A DNA stretch of 64,000 bases from Flaccisagitta enflata (GCA_965153355.1 OZ231126.1:17484001-17548000); one strand, 5' to 3'. Shown: positions 1 through 14,671, counted from the first letter of the stretch. A program made the numbers and translations. The notes: generated by a model not told the origin, from the letters alone.

Positions 1-85
1 GCTCTGAGGAAATGAATGGAATCAACTAATCACTCAGGAGTCTCTCTGGCAGCGAGTGCCTTTTGCCTGGGACATCAAAGTGGTA

Positions 86-3000
86 TCATTTACATTTAGA
101 ATTTGATTCATTACTTGAAACTTTCCCCCTACCCTGCAAAACAACATGAATTAAATTGTAAACAAGGCAAAGTTAAGGCCACTACGTGCGCCTCGCCGAT
201 AAAGAATGAATGATGAACGTTTTGATGATTGAACATTTGGAATGAATGAATGAGTTAATGCATGACTGAATGAACGACTAAATGAAAATGAAGCGGGAAT
301 GCATGAGAGGTACAGTTGAACCCCGCTCTTACGGATTTCAAGGGACCAATGACTTTTATATGTAAAAGGCAAAATTCTGTTATTACCAACATTAGCACTT
401 TAAGAAAACTAGTTAAAAGGACCATGAATTTATATTTGTTATAGACAGAATTCTGTTGCTGGCGGGTCCGTTAGAGCGGGGTTCCACTGTAACAGCAATG
501 AAGAAAAACATCTGGATTGTCTCTTTTGTGCGGTTTTAAACTTCTGCATGACAGACAGACCGACCAACTGTTTGGTAAATACTTCAATGATGATTAAGGG
601 TTTGTCTCTAGTGGCAGAAAACTACGTTTTTAACAGGCCACTCAGTCGCTTGCTACGTTTCTTCGCTCGCCCCCCTCACTCTACTCACTCGCTCCACAGT
701 GCTTTGCTTTGCTACACTCGCTTGCTCCATTCACAGGCTCGCTCATTCAGTTCACTCACTCCCTCATGGGACGATTGAAATTCATGAATATGTGTTCACA
801 CTGAAAACACGTTTAAGGGGAAGAAAAGCTTTTTTGGTCGACAGTATAAACACGCCCTAAGCCTTGGTTTTTCCTACTTGTGACTCCACTGGCGTTTCTT
901 GGTTGATTCTGGAACCCCAGTAAAGTCCGTAGATGACGGCAATGAAAATGGCTACCACAATTAGAATCAATGTAGTAAGTACCCAAGGACTTATTTGTGT
1001 GGTTGGGAAGGTTTGTTCATCTTCTTTAGAAACGGGTGTTCAAATAAAAGCTGTTGGTAGTTTTTACTTTTGAAAGTGGTACAGTTGCTTACACTGAGCG
1101 AGAAAATATATGATTTTACCTGCGTCCTAGCTAATCCAAAGCCTTTATTTTCTCCTTAGTTAACTACTTTGCTCAATTCTAAATGCGGCGAAAATTTTTT
1201 TTCTATTTTATTTGAAACTGTTCTAGATAGTAAAATGATACTTAGATTATGAGGGAGGACGCCAAATCTTTAGCAAAGCTTCAGGATAGATTTAATATGT
1301 GTGTGTATGTTTTGTTAATCCTGCTCCAAAATTTGAAGGACTTAAAAAGAATATTGTCAATTGGATGCCTCCAAAATGTTGAACCTACTGAGTTCATGAG
1401 CAGAAAAATATCCCTGGATGAACCAGGACGTAGGCAAAACCCTTTATAGATGCAATGACAACATTTCTAGTTGCGGACACGCAACTCTATAAGAGGCTTT
1501 GTCCGTCTGTCCATCCGTCGGTCTGTCTGTTGGTAATAAATTGAGTCAAAAAGTGGGAAAACAAGTGTTTTGGATATTTTTGTGTATATTTGTGTGTGGG
1601 AGGTCGGGTTTTGGGTTTGGTTGGAGGTTGGATGCCCCTGCCCACCCGGCCGCAACAATGTTGTGACCCTGCATCACTTGTTATACTATAGCTGTCATTT
1701 CTAGGCACTTGCTTATATTTTTGTTCTGATATGGTGTGCTCTCTGACCTCTATGCGTTATCTCAAGTCTGGACAGAAAATACTGTACACAATGAAAAACT
1801 TTGTGTATTCAGCCGTACATATTACAGCTACAGTTTTTTTTTTTCTTTTGAACACCCGTTACCACCCTATAAATAGATACATATCATAATAAGTTCTTTC
1901 AAAAAATGCAGAGGAAACTTACTGTTTAAACACACTCCTGTTAAAAGCTCAATAGCTGGAAATTTCTTCTCTAACATATGCTTTAACACACTCTTGTTAA
2001 AAGCTCATTAGCTTTTTTAAACAATAGCTAAAAACTTGTCCACTTACGTAAGTTTAAACACACTCGTGTTAAAAGCTCATTAGCTTTTTGACCAATAGCT
2101 GAGAAGTCATCCACTTGCATGATTCTTTTCGCTGATCCGGCGATATTGATTAATTCATCTTGGAAAATCTTATGTCCTATCCCGATGGCAAAAACGGGCA
2201 CATTATGTTGTGCCCACAACTGGGATGCCTTGGAGAGTTCTTCAGGTTTGGATGGATTACCGTTGGGATTGCCATCAGTAAAGATCAGGCAAACCTACAG
2301 GAGAGAGAATTAGACACATTCTGTAAGAAAAAAAAACAAACATGGCTATCTGAGTTGCGTACGGGTTGGCAGGGACAGTGATAGAGTGATAGGCTTTTTC
2401 CGTCTGTCTGTCTGTCTGTCAGTCTGGGGTCATCAAGTTGAAAAAGTGCGAAAACGCGCATTTATGATGCTGCAGTTGTTATCGTGTGTGTGCGTGTTTG
2501 AGTTGGGGTTGGGTGAAGGCTGGGGGTTGGATGCCCCTGCCCACCCGTCTGCAACGATATTGTGACCCCGCGTCACTTATTCTACCTTTCTCCCTCCAAA
2601 CATGAAAATCGCGTTTTTAACAGTAACTTGGTCGCTCAAACCGTTTATTCGCTCGTATCGCTCAGTCTGCCCACTCGCTCTGCAATGCTGCGCTTGCTAC
2701 GCTTGCTTGCTCTGTTGATTCAGTTGAAAGTTATGAATATGAGTTGTCAATCTAAATGTCACCACCAGAAACAATCCCATTGTCGGCTTACCTTTGTGAC
2801 ATGTTGACCGTGGCGCTCATTTTTCTTGAACTGTTCCAGTGCTTTCTCCATTGCCATTGCAGTGTACGTATGCCCAGTTTCACCCTGTTCATATGTCACA
2901 TTTTCGATGGCTTTTTGTAAATCTGTCTTCTCAAAGTATCTGATGTTTGAAAAAGAAATAAACAGGGGAAAGGGTACAATAAAAGGAAAAGTTTGACCAA

Positions 3001-4468
3001 GAAATAAACAAGGGGAAAGGGTATGAAAGGAAAAGTTGGACCAAGAAATAAACAGGGTATGGAGGGAAAAGTTTGACCAATGTGAGGATTATCATAGTCG
3101 GTCTGTCTGTCGGTCACTTTGTCGATCAGTCCGTAATCTTGACTTCCTTTGCAACATCTTTCAACTAATTTCTTTTTCCGTCATTTCAACATTTTTCAAA
3201 AACGCAAGGAACCTCACTGTAATACTGTCTTTGCCAAAAGCAGTTATTACAAACACTAGCCAAAGCAGGATTACATTTCTAGTTGCGTGCATGCCACGCA
3301 TCGAGCTAATGTTTGGTCTGTCCGTCTGACTGCTGCCTGTTGGGTTACATTTGTCACATTTGACTTCGGTTTCATTGGCTCTAACGGTATAATTTCCAAG
3401 CAATCGGGTGATCTGATGAATTTTGGCTACACAGGTAGCGATTCTTTATTACTTTCTATACACAGTTTACTCATGGGTCAAATTGAAGGGGTGTATAAAG
3501 TTGAGCGGTCTTTGATTTCTTCCCCCCCCCCCCCGTGTCTTTGATTTCCTTCCCTGCCGGGTTGAAAAATGGTTTGATTTTCTGCCCTATAGAGTAAAAA
3601 CATGATATAAATATGAATAGTGTAAAATAGTGTTGTAGTAGTCAAATACTATCTTTTGGAACTGTCAAAAGTGTGAATTTTTTTAAAAAATTGTTTTTTC
3701 TTTTTTCCATCTCTTTGATTTTCTTCCCCATCTCCAATTTCATTGTTTCTATTCCCTCCCCCACGGGGGGGGGGGGGAGGAATACTCAACTTTATACACC
3801 CCTCTTAAATTGAGAAAAAAGGATTATCAGATTATGTTTTATGGAAAGGGAGGAGTGCTGCGTGTATGAACTAGTCAGTGAGGTCTCACAAAGTCATCAT
3901 CCATTCGTTTCAGTTTGGGTAAAGTGAGGGTTATTGCTCTACTTGTCATATGATCATATGTTCGTTGGCTTATTTCTATAAATACATACAGTCACCATTT
4001 CCGAAGTCATGGGAATTCATTGCGTGCGTTTCTAGTCACAGACAATCGCGTTCTTAACGAGCCACTCAGTCACTCGCTATGTTTGTTCGCTTGCACCGCT
4101 CACTCCGCTCACTCGCTCCACAGCGATCCGCTCCACTTTGTTCTGCTTGCTTTGCTCGCTTGCTCCGTTTATGGGCTCGCTCACTCACTTTGCTCGTAGG
4201 ACAGTTGAAATTCATAGATATGTGTTCATGCTGTGGACACATTCAAAGGGAAGAAACACGTTTTGGTTGTCAGTAGAAACACACCCACAGTCACCATTTC
4301 TGAAGTCACCTCTCCAATGGGAATTCATTGACCATCACAACATTTCTGAAGTCACCTGTCCAATGGGAATTCATTGACCATCACATCTGGAGCCGCGAAT
4401 TTGAAGACGCTCACTCTTGTTTTGTCCCTTCCTATGTCCAATTCTCCGATTAAGGAAGTGGCAATTTG
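86..4468 (-). CDS. vWA (von Willebrand factor A) domain, single-pass type I membrane protein, 3' part. Exons 4468-4356, 2939-2792, 2294-2048, 1023-878, 133-86
   Basis: All introns are GT-AG and the phases chain (2,0,1,0). Spliced product: QIATSLIGELDIGRDKTRVSVFKFAAPDVMVNEFPLDRYFEKTDLQKAIENVTYEQGETGHTYTAMAMEKALEQFKKNERHGQHVTKVCLIFTDGNP...VPVFAIGIG...ELINIAGS...CLNLQDEQ...WVLTTLILIVVAIFIAVIYGLYW...KCK*. This has vWA motifs (TRVSV, TYT, IFTDG, VFAIGIG), a hydrophobic TM segment and a short tail. The exon with the DxSxS motif was not found. Confidence 0.85.
313..489. mobile_element. Tc1/mariner-pogo type MITE
   Basis: TA|CAGTTGAACCCCGCTCTTACGGA...TCCGTTAGAGCGGGGTTCCACTG|TA: terminal inverted repeats with a TA target duplication. 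Confidence 0.85.
598..857. mobile_element. PIF/Harbinger (Tourist-like) MITE. Related copies at about 2600-2735 (partial), about 4022-4286 and 27908-28143 (inverted)
   Basis: TAA|GGG...CCC|TAA ends here, and TAA flanks both ends at 27908-28143. Imperfect TIRs and a shared internal (CGCT/CACT)-rich core. Confidence 0.72.
3486..3804. mobile_element. hAT-like MITE
   Basis: TIR AGGGGTGTATAAAGTTGAG / CTCAACTTTATACACCCCT, with a near-perfect 8-bp flanking duplication tcaaattg / ttaaattg. Confidence 0.75.
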
Positions 4469-5342
4469 CTAGATTTTGAATAGCGAAATATCAAATCGTT
4501 CATTCGTTCAGTCATTTATTTATTCATTCATTTGTTCATTCATTCTCTCATTTTTTCTTTCATTCATTCATTCTTTCATTCATTCATTCGTTCATTCAAT
4601 CATTCATTTATTCATTCATTTATCCTTTCATGATAAAATAAGAAGTCGGGTGTAAAAAGCCTTTCATAAATAAAAAAAAATAAAAATCCTTTCATTCATT
4701 CATTCATTCATTCATTCATTCATTCATTCATTCATTCATTCATTCATTATTCAAAAATAAAAATCCTTTCATTCATTCATTCATTCATTCATTCATTCAT
4801 TCATTCATTCATTCATTCATTCATTCATTCATTCATTCATTCACTCATTCATTCTTTTATAGATATTTTCATTCATTCATTCATTCATTCATACATTCAT
4901 TCGCTCATTCATTCATTCATTCATTCGTTCATTTATTCATTTACTCATTCATTCATTTATTCATTCATTCATTCATACGTTCTTTCATTCATTTATTCAT
5001 TCGTTCATATCAAATTTTATAAGAATTTAACAACAGGAAGTATGGTTTTTGTTGATTTTTTGGTCAAAAAATGAGTTTTCAACATATTTTAAAAGATACA
5101 TGTTTGGCCCCCTAAATTTCATTACGGCTTAATCAAGAAAAAAATCGCATTTTCAAAAACATCAGATCTTTACTATGTCGTGAATGTATTATTATTAGAT
5201 GAGTATTGACAACAGAAGATTGCAAAAACGTGAATTTTCACACAGTGACTCAATGTCATTGATCGTCCCCGCGCTCATTTGGGTGACCACAGGCGGCACC
5301 CTGATCAGTCTTTCTGATCATCCTCTTCCTCATCCTATTATT

Positions 5343-5448
<106 letters not shown>

Positions 5449-8441
5449 CATTATCTCTTTAGCCTTCAGTTTCTTTACCTTATTCTCATCTTTCTCGTTT
5501 TCATTTCTCTCTTTTTCTCATTTCTTTGCTTCTGATGAAGCACAGAGTCACTGTGTGAAAATTCACGTTTTTGCAATCTTCTGTTGTCAATACTCGTCTA
5601 ATACATTCACAATGCCCGACGAACAACAGTCCAACTTCCACCGTAACTGATCTTTACTATGATATTTTTCTCGAGTCTGATGTTCTTGGTTTTTTCATTT
5701 TCTAATTTTCCATGCGAATTTAAAAGTTAGGGCAACACAAGTAATGCTAAATTGAGAAATAATTCAGGGAAATTCTCTATGTTTTACATTATCATTTATA
5801 ACTTCTTTCTTTTTTAGTACAGGCGAATGTCACAATCTCTTTTTGACGAGAGAACCCGACTCACCACCACGTTAACAGTGTCACCGCAATGTCTATTGCA
5901 TTGTGACAAGTTTTTATAGTTGGATGACCTTCCTGACTACCTGGATTACCTTGCCAAACCATTTTTTGTGACTACCCCTACCCCTAGGGGTAGTAAAAAT
6001 TAGGTCAAATTGGCCACATTGGCATGTCCGGATTTTGTCCGGACAAGCAAATAACAAGCAAAACCTATCAAAAATAGATTATCTGATCATTTCTCAGCTT
6101 TTAATCAGTTATCATCATTCTGATGTCATGTACAAAAAATTTCATCCTACTGCGCAAATGCTAAGTTGTTCAAATATTGTATTATCATCAAATTTTGATC
6201 CTTCTAATTTTTTTGCTATTTCATGGCAAAATCTGAGTATGCCGATTATCTTTTTTTAAAACACTATAAATTCTCAAAGTTAATCACTTTTCAGGTTTCT
6301 ATCTAGTAGAGAGGTACTTGAAGGACATACGCTCCAAATTTCATGCCACTGTGACACCCCAATCCCGCGTAATGACACTTTTCTTCAAGTGTGATTATTC
6401 TGCACACCCCCCCAGCTCTTCTGTCACGCTCATGTCACGCTTTAAGTCTGTCACTGTCACGCCATTGTGAAACTGATGATGGAAATTTGGATAACACAAT
6501 GAGAAAGAGCATGAAATTTTGCATATACAATGAAAATTTCAGGTCTTAACTCCCAGGCATTCAGCCATAATGAAATTTTCAATGTGATTGGTCAGTAAAT
6601 TGTTGCAGAATGATCATGCTTTAAGTAGCTCCCTGATTATGGGAGTATTTTTCAAATTTGGCACTTCTCCGTTGTATCAATCTCAAGTACTGTTCCTAAG
6701 CTTCAATTTCATGTGTATATCATCACAAAAAATATTCGGGAAGTGTAAGACCAAGGGGGTCAAAGGTCAGGGGGTCAAGTATGATCCCCCAAAAGGGGTC
6801 AAAATTTCAAAGTGGTCAAAATTAAATTCTGATTGCAGATTTGGATTCCTCTCAAAAAAGTAGCATAAGAAAGTAGTCTTCTTTTTTTGTATTTATCATT
6901 CTAAGTGGGTCAAAATTGGGGTCAAAGGTCAATAACAACCCCGATCTGACCTCTCGAGAGGTCAAAAATCAAAACTCGGTAAAACACAATTCTGAGACCA
7001 GTTTTGGAATCCTCATGAAAAATAAGACCAAAAATGTTATTACCATTTTTTCTTTTTCTTAAAAAATGGCTGTATAGATTGATGAAAACAGTCAGTATCT
7101 ATTTACACATTTGAAAAATACTAAAAATGGTCGATATAGCCGTAAGCTTCATGATATTTTATTGCTACATATCAAGCAAATCAACAATAAAAAAACTGAA
7201 ATGAGTACCTCACAAGTTTAATTGAGTGCATGAATCATTGAGTGCATGAATCAAAGCAAAGTTATGAGTATAAGAAATATAGCAGTCTCATGAAACAACA
7301 AAGAGAGGATGGGGGGGCCCCCTCTCTTTTTGAAGGGGATGCGCAACATAATAAAGACGTCACAAATGAGTCGATATAAGCTATGACAATTGTTCCCATA
7401 AAGAGGTCATGTTAGACCATGTTTTGTACTGCAATGACGTTAATACTTTTTTCATGAGTACAATGTCGTCTTTTTAATTCATTTTCGCAATGTACACGAC
7501 ATTACGAAAAATATTTAAGTCATTCATGACATTTTCCCGTACGTGTCACCAATGATAGTATGCGCCGTTGCTCCTACATTGTGAGAGTAACCATGCTATC
7601 TCGATATGCTATGACGCCTTTGGTCCCATGGGGTATTACGGCTTCCATTTCAGATTTTCCCGTCCTGGTTGCCAATGTAAATAAGCTTTTTTCCAGTTAG
7701 ACTCAAAGTAATGCATACCGTGTTCTGGTTTATACTGTTATCGAACTCAAACGTTTATTAGCATGATTAATCTAAATAACTATTTCAAGCTTTCTAAAGT
7801 TGCGCGATGCATACAAACACTCACATACTCATTAATGTAACGGTAATGCTTCCATCTATGTGTTCTTTGATTCCTAAATTGATTGAGGTCTCTCTTGAGT
7901 ACACAAAATAACATGGACAACTTTATGCAAATTAGCATAATCAGTATTCTTTAATGAACGCTATTTGATTTCAACCACACTGTGGAAATGAACAAAAATG
8001 GAAGAAACGGCAATACAATTGCAAATAAGATCGCTTTTTAATAATAGAATCTTCATCATCCATTTAGATACTTTTCTCTCTATACCAGCAGCGTTCCAAA
8101 GCACCAACAAGCAGTTTCACGTGATAGTGTGCTTTCCAAGAGCAGGTTCCTAAACAGAAAATATGAAACATAATGTAATAGCTTCACTAACAGGGTGACC
8201 GGGGTTTAACGGTCCCCGTTGCAGGAGTTTTGGCAGAGGTACACTGTACAGGAGATAAAAAAGAATTTTTTTCAGAATGAATCTTTGAATGAATAAAAAT
8301 ATCAATCATTAAATGGATGTTTCAGTGCTTTCACCTGTTGAGATACAGTGTAATTCGTTCAAATGACAACCACAACGATATGTCTTCTTATTTATGACTA
8401 CGACTTCATTGAAATTCTGATGTATGCTTCCAGATCCAACA

Positions 8442-8511
<70 letters not shown>

Positions 8512-8851
8512 TCGACAGAGAGACAGAGAGACAGAGAGGGACGGAAAGAAAGAGGGAATAAGCGGGAGAGAAAGAGTCCATACAGGATCGCGCCAATTTT
8601 GGGGACCCTGATTAAGCATATAACATTTACTGCAATAAAAACAAGGTCAACAAACCTTAGTCGCGTGGTAATAAGGGTAATTAAGGTAATTAAGGTAATT
8701 ATAATAATTACTAATAATTACTCATAATTACTAATAATTACTAATAATTACTAATAATTACTAATGATTACTAATAATTACTAATAATTACTAATAATTA
8801 CTAATAATTACTAATAATTATCTTAAGATACCTTTCTTTATACCTTAAATA

Positions 8852-9199
8852 CCGTATTTCTTGTAATTAGCGCCCCGGGCGCTTTTGAAATTCATATTAA
8901 ACATTGCTTTTTAAACCTGCAATTAGCGCCCCCATTTCACTTATGTCTGAATAAAGTTTTACAACATTTACACTTTTTTGACAATTTTATTACCATTCAA
9001 TCAAAAAAATCACTATAAAAAGGTAAGATTTTGTTCTTTTGCATCTTTTTCTCTTATAGTTTTTGCCAAAGAAACCTTGTTTTTTAGAAATCTTCTATGA
9101 TCTTTTTCAAAAAGTCACCTTCATCATTACCTCATTCTTTCATGACAAAGGGGGGGGGGGCGCTAATTAGAGGGGGGGCGATAAATGCAAGAAATACGG
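8852..9199. mobile_element. pogo/Tc1-like MITE nested inside a HINE-like element (about 8640-9590, minus strand)
   Basis: TA|CCGTATTTCTTG...CAAGAAATACGG|TA. The host carries (TAATTACTAA)n and (AAGTACCCT)n arrays. Confidence 0.82.
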
Positions 9200-10413
9200 T
9201 ACCCTAAAATACCCTGAAGCACCTCAAGTACCCTTAGGTACCTTGTGTACCCAAAAGTACCCTTAAGTACCTAAAGTACCCTAAAGTACCTGTAAGTACC
9301 TAAAGTACCCTGAAATACCTATAAGTACCCTAAAGTCCCCAAAAGTACCTAAAGTACCCTGAAGTACCCTTAAATACCTAAAAAGTACCCTAAAGTACCT
9401 GAAAGTACCTGAAGTACCTAAAGTACCCTGAAGTACCCTGAAGTACCCTTAAGTACCCTTAAGTACCCTTAAGTACCCTAAAGTACCTTAAAAATGAAGA
9501 TTAGAGCCATATTTCAAAAAAGTTACGTTACGGACCGACCGACCGACCAACCGACACAGCGGCTTCTAGAGTCGCGTTCACGCGACTAACAACGATGATC
9601 TAATAACGCCGATTACACGGCGACCATAGCCGCATGCAGGTGAAAGGGGAGGAAACATAAAAAAAAAATTGTGACATACCGACAAACCAATTTAGATGTG
9701 GCTTATAGAGACACACAGCACGCGACTGATAGGCAGATGGAAATGTTTTGAGCTTCATCATTCAATCAGTCTGTTTCCTCCCATGTCCCAACAGCAACAT
9801 AAATATGTCTTGTTATTTAGTGTGTGTTTTTTTGTTTGTTTGTTTGTTTGTTTGTTTGTGTGTTTGTTTGTTTTTACACTTTTTGATGTGAGCATTACTG
9901 ACCGACTGTCTGACCAACGGATGAGCTAAGCATTGTATAGAGTTGTGTGTCCGCAACTACAGTGACAAAGACGAGCCTTAGGAGCTTGTGATATCACTCA
10001 TGATAGTAATCCTGTTTCTATTGCTCCTCTAGTCACTGACACGCGACTCTACAGTATACATCCTGCCGTTTCCGTCTCTGTCGGTCCATCCTTCCGTCCA
10101 TCTCATTATCTGCGGACACATAACTTCACCTTGCCATGTCGGTCTGTCCCTAATTCCGTCCGTCCTGAATATTCCTGAATTGCGCGTGTTTTTGCATTAT
10201 TGCCCCTGACCAACCGTCCGCAACTATCTTGCCGTGTACCCGGCCTCGTCGAACAGACATGGGCATATGAATTGATCACAAAACGACTAAAACGCCTTCA
10301 TAAAAAAAATTGATCCAAAGGATGGATGAGCGGAAATACTGACTGACAAACCGATGGACCCAAATCCCAACATGAATCGCATGCACGCAACAAAATATGT
10401 TGATCAAAACTAC

Positions 10414-10800
10414 CTGAGTTCAATGATCTCTAACAGTTTGTCCATAATGAAATCCAGGCCGGCATATGATTGAGTCCCCACCCTTGGTTGGTAGAAAATC
10501 TAAGGGTTTGCAAACGGGGAAGGAAATCAAAGAGGGGGAGAAGAAAAAAAAAAGAAAATTTGGGGAAAGCGTAACTTTTTACAGTACCAAACAATAAAAA
10601 CTCTTCATCAATTTAAAGCTTTATGGGGAAGAACATTATAGATTTCGAAATGCGACGCGACAGATTGTGGGGAAGAAAAGGCGGGGGGGGGGGGTTTAAA
10701 TAGACTCAATTGTATACACACCCCGGATGAAATCTTTAATCTGATGAGTTGACAGTGTACGAACATTATTTAGATCTTCGTCGGTTTCAGCATCTTGCTT
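10414..10800 (-). CDS. Two candidate upstream exons (10800-10720, 10499-10414) encoding part of a further vWA-like domain
   Basis: AG/GT-bounded and in phase. They translate to KQDAETDEDLNNVRTLSTHQIKDFIRG-IFYQPRVGTQSYAGLDFIMDKLLEIIELR, which resembles the vWA 'LN...I..I.Y..GT.T..GL' segment. The link to the downstream exons is unproven. Confidence 0.45.
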
Positions 10801-12839
10801 CTGTTATTTAGAGAAAACATCAAAAAGGTCTGTTATAATTTCTTGCTCATATTCATTTATTCATATTCACTCATTCACAATGATTATTTCTACTGCTCCT
10901 GCCCACCCAACCGCGACTAACACTGCTGTGTACACAGCCCTTTTTATTGGTCGTGTTTCCGGCCCCACAATCAACTTCATTCCAAACCTCAAGTGCATCC
11001 GCATGCTTGATTTCTTGTCGATTTTTGTGTTTCTTTCTGATTTTTTCCCTTTGATTACGGTATTTGACGGCCGTCCGGGCTGCCCACGGGTGACATGATT
11101 ATTGTGTGAATCCACCACAATACGTAATTTACAGGCCACTATATCTCATCCGCGAGTGCCCCGCGGTTGCTTTGCTCGAATTTTATTTTCATTTTTTCTA
11201 TCGTATTTTTCTTCGAAAACGATAACTGAGTTCAGCCTATCGATAGAAATCGCCTAACTACGCGATGTAGAGCCTCTTTGAATTCTGGATCCAATTTTGT
11301 GGGATGCTTTCTGATGATGTTAGAAGAAAAAAAAACTAATATTTCCATCGAATAGTAAATTTATTTTTTAGTTAAAGATGACATGTCAAAAGCTGATTTT
11401 TGCTCGAATTTTTGCGGCTTTTCGCGGGATCCCCGAATTTACGAGAAAACCTCTATTGTCTTCCTTTTGGCCTACGGACTTCCATGACATTAATTGTAGC
11501 AACCAGGAGATGAAATATTATATATTTACGATAAAGGGGTAGAAAAAGATGAAAAATACATAGTCTGTATGCCTGTATGTCAAAGATAAGGAAAATCACA
11601 ATATGCAAATGAGCCTTTTAAGCGAACTTGATAAGCAAAATAGCCAATTCTGACATTGTTCCTGATTCTTGTTACGTCTCATGCCTTCATTTTCGTTCAT
11701 TTAGTCAATCAGTCACATTCATTCATTTTTTCACTTTTTCATTCATAATATTCATTCATTCAATCATAATTTTCGTTCATTCATTCAATCAAAAAGTTCG
11801 TTTCATATTCTTATGAAGCAAGACGCATATATAGGATATAACATGACCTACTTTCTTTCTGTCTTTCTCTCTCTGCTTTTTTGTTGTCTGTCTTTCACTC
11901 TTCCTCTCTTTCTCTTGTTCTCTCATTTTCTCTTTCTTTCTTTCTTTCTTTCTTTCATTCTTTCTTTCTTTCCTTCTTTCTTTCTTTCTTTCTTTCTTTC
12001 TTTTCACTAATGCTAAGCAACTTTACAAGAGGGAATCTGTAGGTTGGAAGGTGGGAAGGTTGGGTTATTACACGGAATTTTGGGAGATGCGAAATTAGTG
12101 GAAATGATGCAATACTGCTCCTGCCAACCCACTTAGCAGCCCCCGTCCATATCTTTTAGTGCCCTGGCCCCATTTGAATGACTTCCCTTGCCCACCTGCA
12201 AGGGACTACCCATAGGTAGTAAGTGAGGCGTAGCTCTTTGATTTTAGCATTATATGGCTTTATTCGGGTCAAAAGGTTATAACTGTTTTGCATCGATAAA
12301 ACTTTTTTCAAAAGTTGAATTTAGGTTCAAGAGATATACAGCTAAATAGAGGGCTGATAAGAAGCATGTAAGGTCGATTTCCATGGCCATTCCGGACTAA
12401 TTTTACGTTTTCAGATGGCAGAATTGAGTCTCAGGAGATCTAAGAGCGCTTATTTGAGGCCCGAGAGAGCAAACTTAAGAAACCTAAATTGAGACCCAAA
12501 TTAATCAGAAGCTAAGGTTTAAGGATGTCTCCTGCTCGAGCTCAAAGTTAACGTGCTGTAGAATACTGGCTGAAGTTAATTGCCAAAATGCCCTTGTGAT
12601 CTCAAATACGGCCCCTGCCCTCCTGCACGCAAATGGGATATCTGTGCATCATTTTATCTGATTTTAAGGAAGATAACACTTAGTTGCTTAATGAAAGTTT
12701 TTAGTCGCGGTTGGTTTGTCGGTCCGTCTGACCTTCACATTTTTGAATTCCTAGCGGTTTTTGCATTACTGCTCCTGCCTAACTCTCCGCGACTGGATTG
12801 CTGCGTATCCAGGCTTTTCATTTGTTAAAGCAGAGAAAG

Positions 12840-12924
<85 letters not shown>

Positions 12925-14138
12925 CCAACAACAGCATCATAAATGCCCGTTTTTTGCATCTTCAACTCAAGCGTGATGGACTAAAACCGCCGAAGTTGCG
13001 TTCACATGCTCTCGTTGAGGTTTGATTCAGCGAGAAATCTGTGTAATCGGCGGCTCGATTGGTGACACTCACCCCTGTCACAAACACGCCTTGGTCTTAC
13101 ACTTCCACTTAATAAATTGTTCTGATATTGTGCACAGGTCTAATAGACAGGTATAGCTCCCGTTTGAGTCCACGGAGATCTTGATCCGTCCCGAAATCAG
13201 GAAGCTACTTCAAGATGAATCTTCGTAGTTAATTCTTTGTTATCGGCGCATGTATGCACTTACAGCAAAATGGTAAACCAAAAAAATCAGGAAATGCCCA
13301 TATCTTGGAAACCCTTTGAGAGAGACAAAAGATTTTTTGCATAGTTCAATACTGTACTGAAACTATTACGAACAGAGCATTTGGTGCATCTGGGACACAT
13401 CTAACCAACCCAACCAGCCCAACCAGCCTACCACCCAAAAATTTAAAAAAACGGCATAACTTCCAAAATATTTGTCCGATTTGGCTGAAATTTTGCACAG
13501 TGGTTCTTTCAGAGAATGCCTACTTAAATTAATCGTTGCCGAAAGATTCAGTAAATTTTTGCCAACTGGCCCAACCAGCCAAAAAAGCTGCTTATAGAGA
13601 ATTTTCAAAAAAAAAATTGAAATCTCAATTTTTTTCAGCAGAATTGGGTCTGATTGAATTCTTGAACTGTGATTTAGCAAAATATTCCCATTTTTTTGGT
13701 TTTGCGGACATTAACAACTCAATTTTTGCTTATTTTTGATCATTATTTGTTGCATTTCAGCCTAATTTACATGAAAATCAAGGATCAGTAACAAAATTCA
13801 GTTTTTGAACCATGGTCATATTGACATGAGCTATCTGATTATGAATGTTTTTGACATATTTTCTCAATTTTGAAATTGACCTATTTGGCCATCTCTCAAA
13901 AAGGAGATTAAAGAAACAGCCTACAAATTCGCATTGTTTTTTTTACTAAATCAGTCGTGGTAACATATTTAATGACTAGAAAAAGTCAAATTTGGCAAAA
14001 AAAAAATGTCAGTTTTGACCTCTCGTGAATAGCAAACGGCACCAGATTTTTCATGATGTCGTATGGATTTTCTAACATTTTAACACAAATCTTTTGTTTA
14101 AATGCATGACAACTCTCCCCTCCTTGAATAAGGTTTTA

Positions 14139-14671
14139 CAGTATGATCCATCTCAACTGTAGCATTTCATGATGGCATTGCTCAAAAAGTAGTAGAGATA
14201 ATCTGATTTAAAAAAAGATATCATTTCTTTGACTTTTCTACCAAGTTTTGATACTTTTTGCTCAATAGAGACTGTGTGGCAAATAATGCCAAAAAAGGTC
14301 ATTTTTTGTTTGGTTTTTTTTGATAAACTTTATACAATTTCAATTTGTTCTCACTTGTTCTATAAACAGCATCAAAATGATTTATATTAGAGACCTATCT
14401 GACATAAAAAGCTAAAAACTGTTACAAAATTAAAGCAATCACAATAAAAAAAATTTTGATAAGGACTCTAAGTGGTTTCTTTTTAAACCACGATTTTTGG
14501 CTCGTTACATATCTAGGGGATTAGAATTTTTTTACCAAGCTGCCGGGATTTACCATCATAAAATGCAAAACCACCACCTATCTAGGACATTCAGAATTCA
14601 GAATTGAACTAGCTCTATCACTCTTTGAGCAATGCCATCATTAAATGTTTCAGTCGACTTGGGTCATACTG
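14139..14671. mobile_element. TA-flanked MITE with long imperfect TIRs
   Basis: TA|CAGTATGA...ATGATGGCATTGCTCAAA ... TTTGAGCAATGCCATCAT...TCATACTG|TA. Confidence 0.78.
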
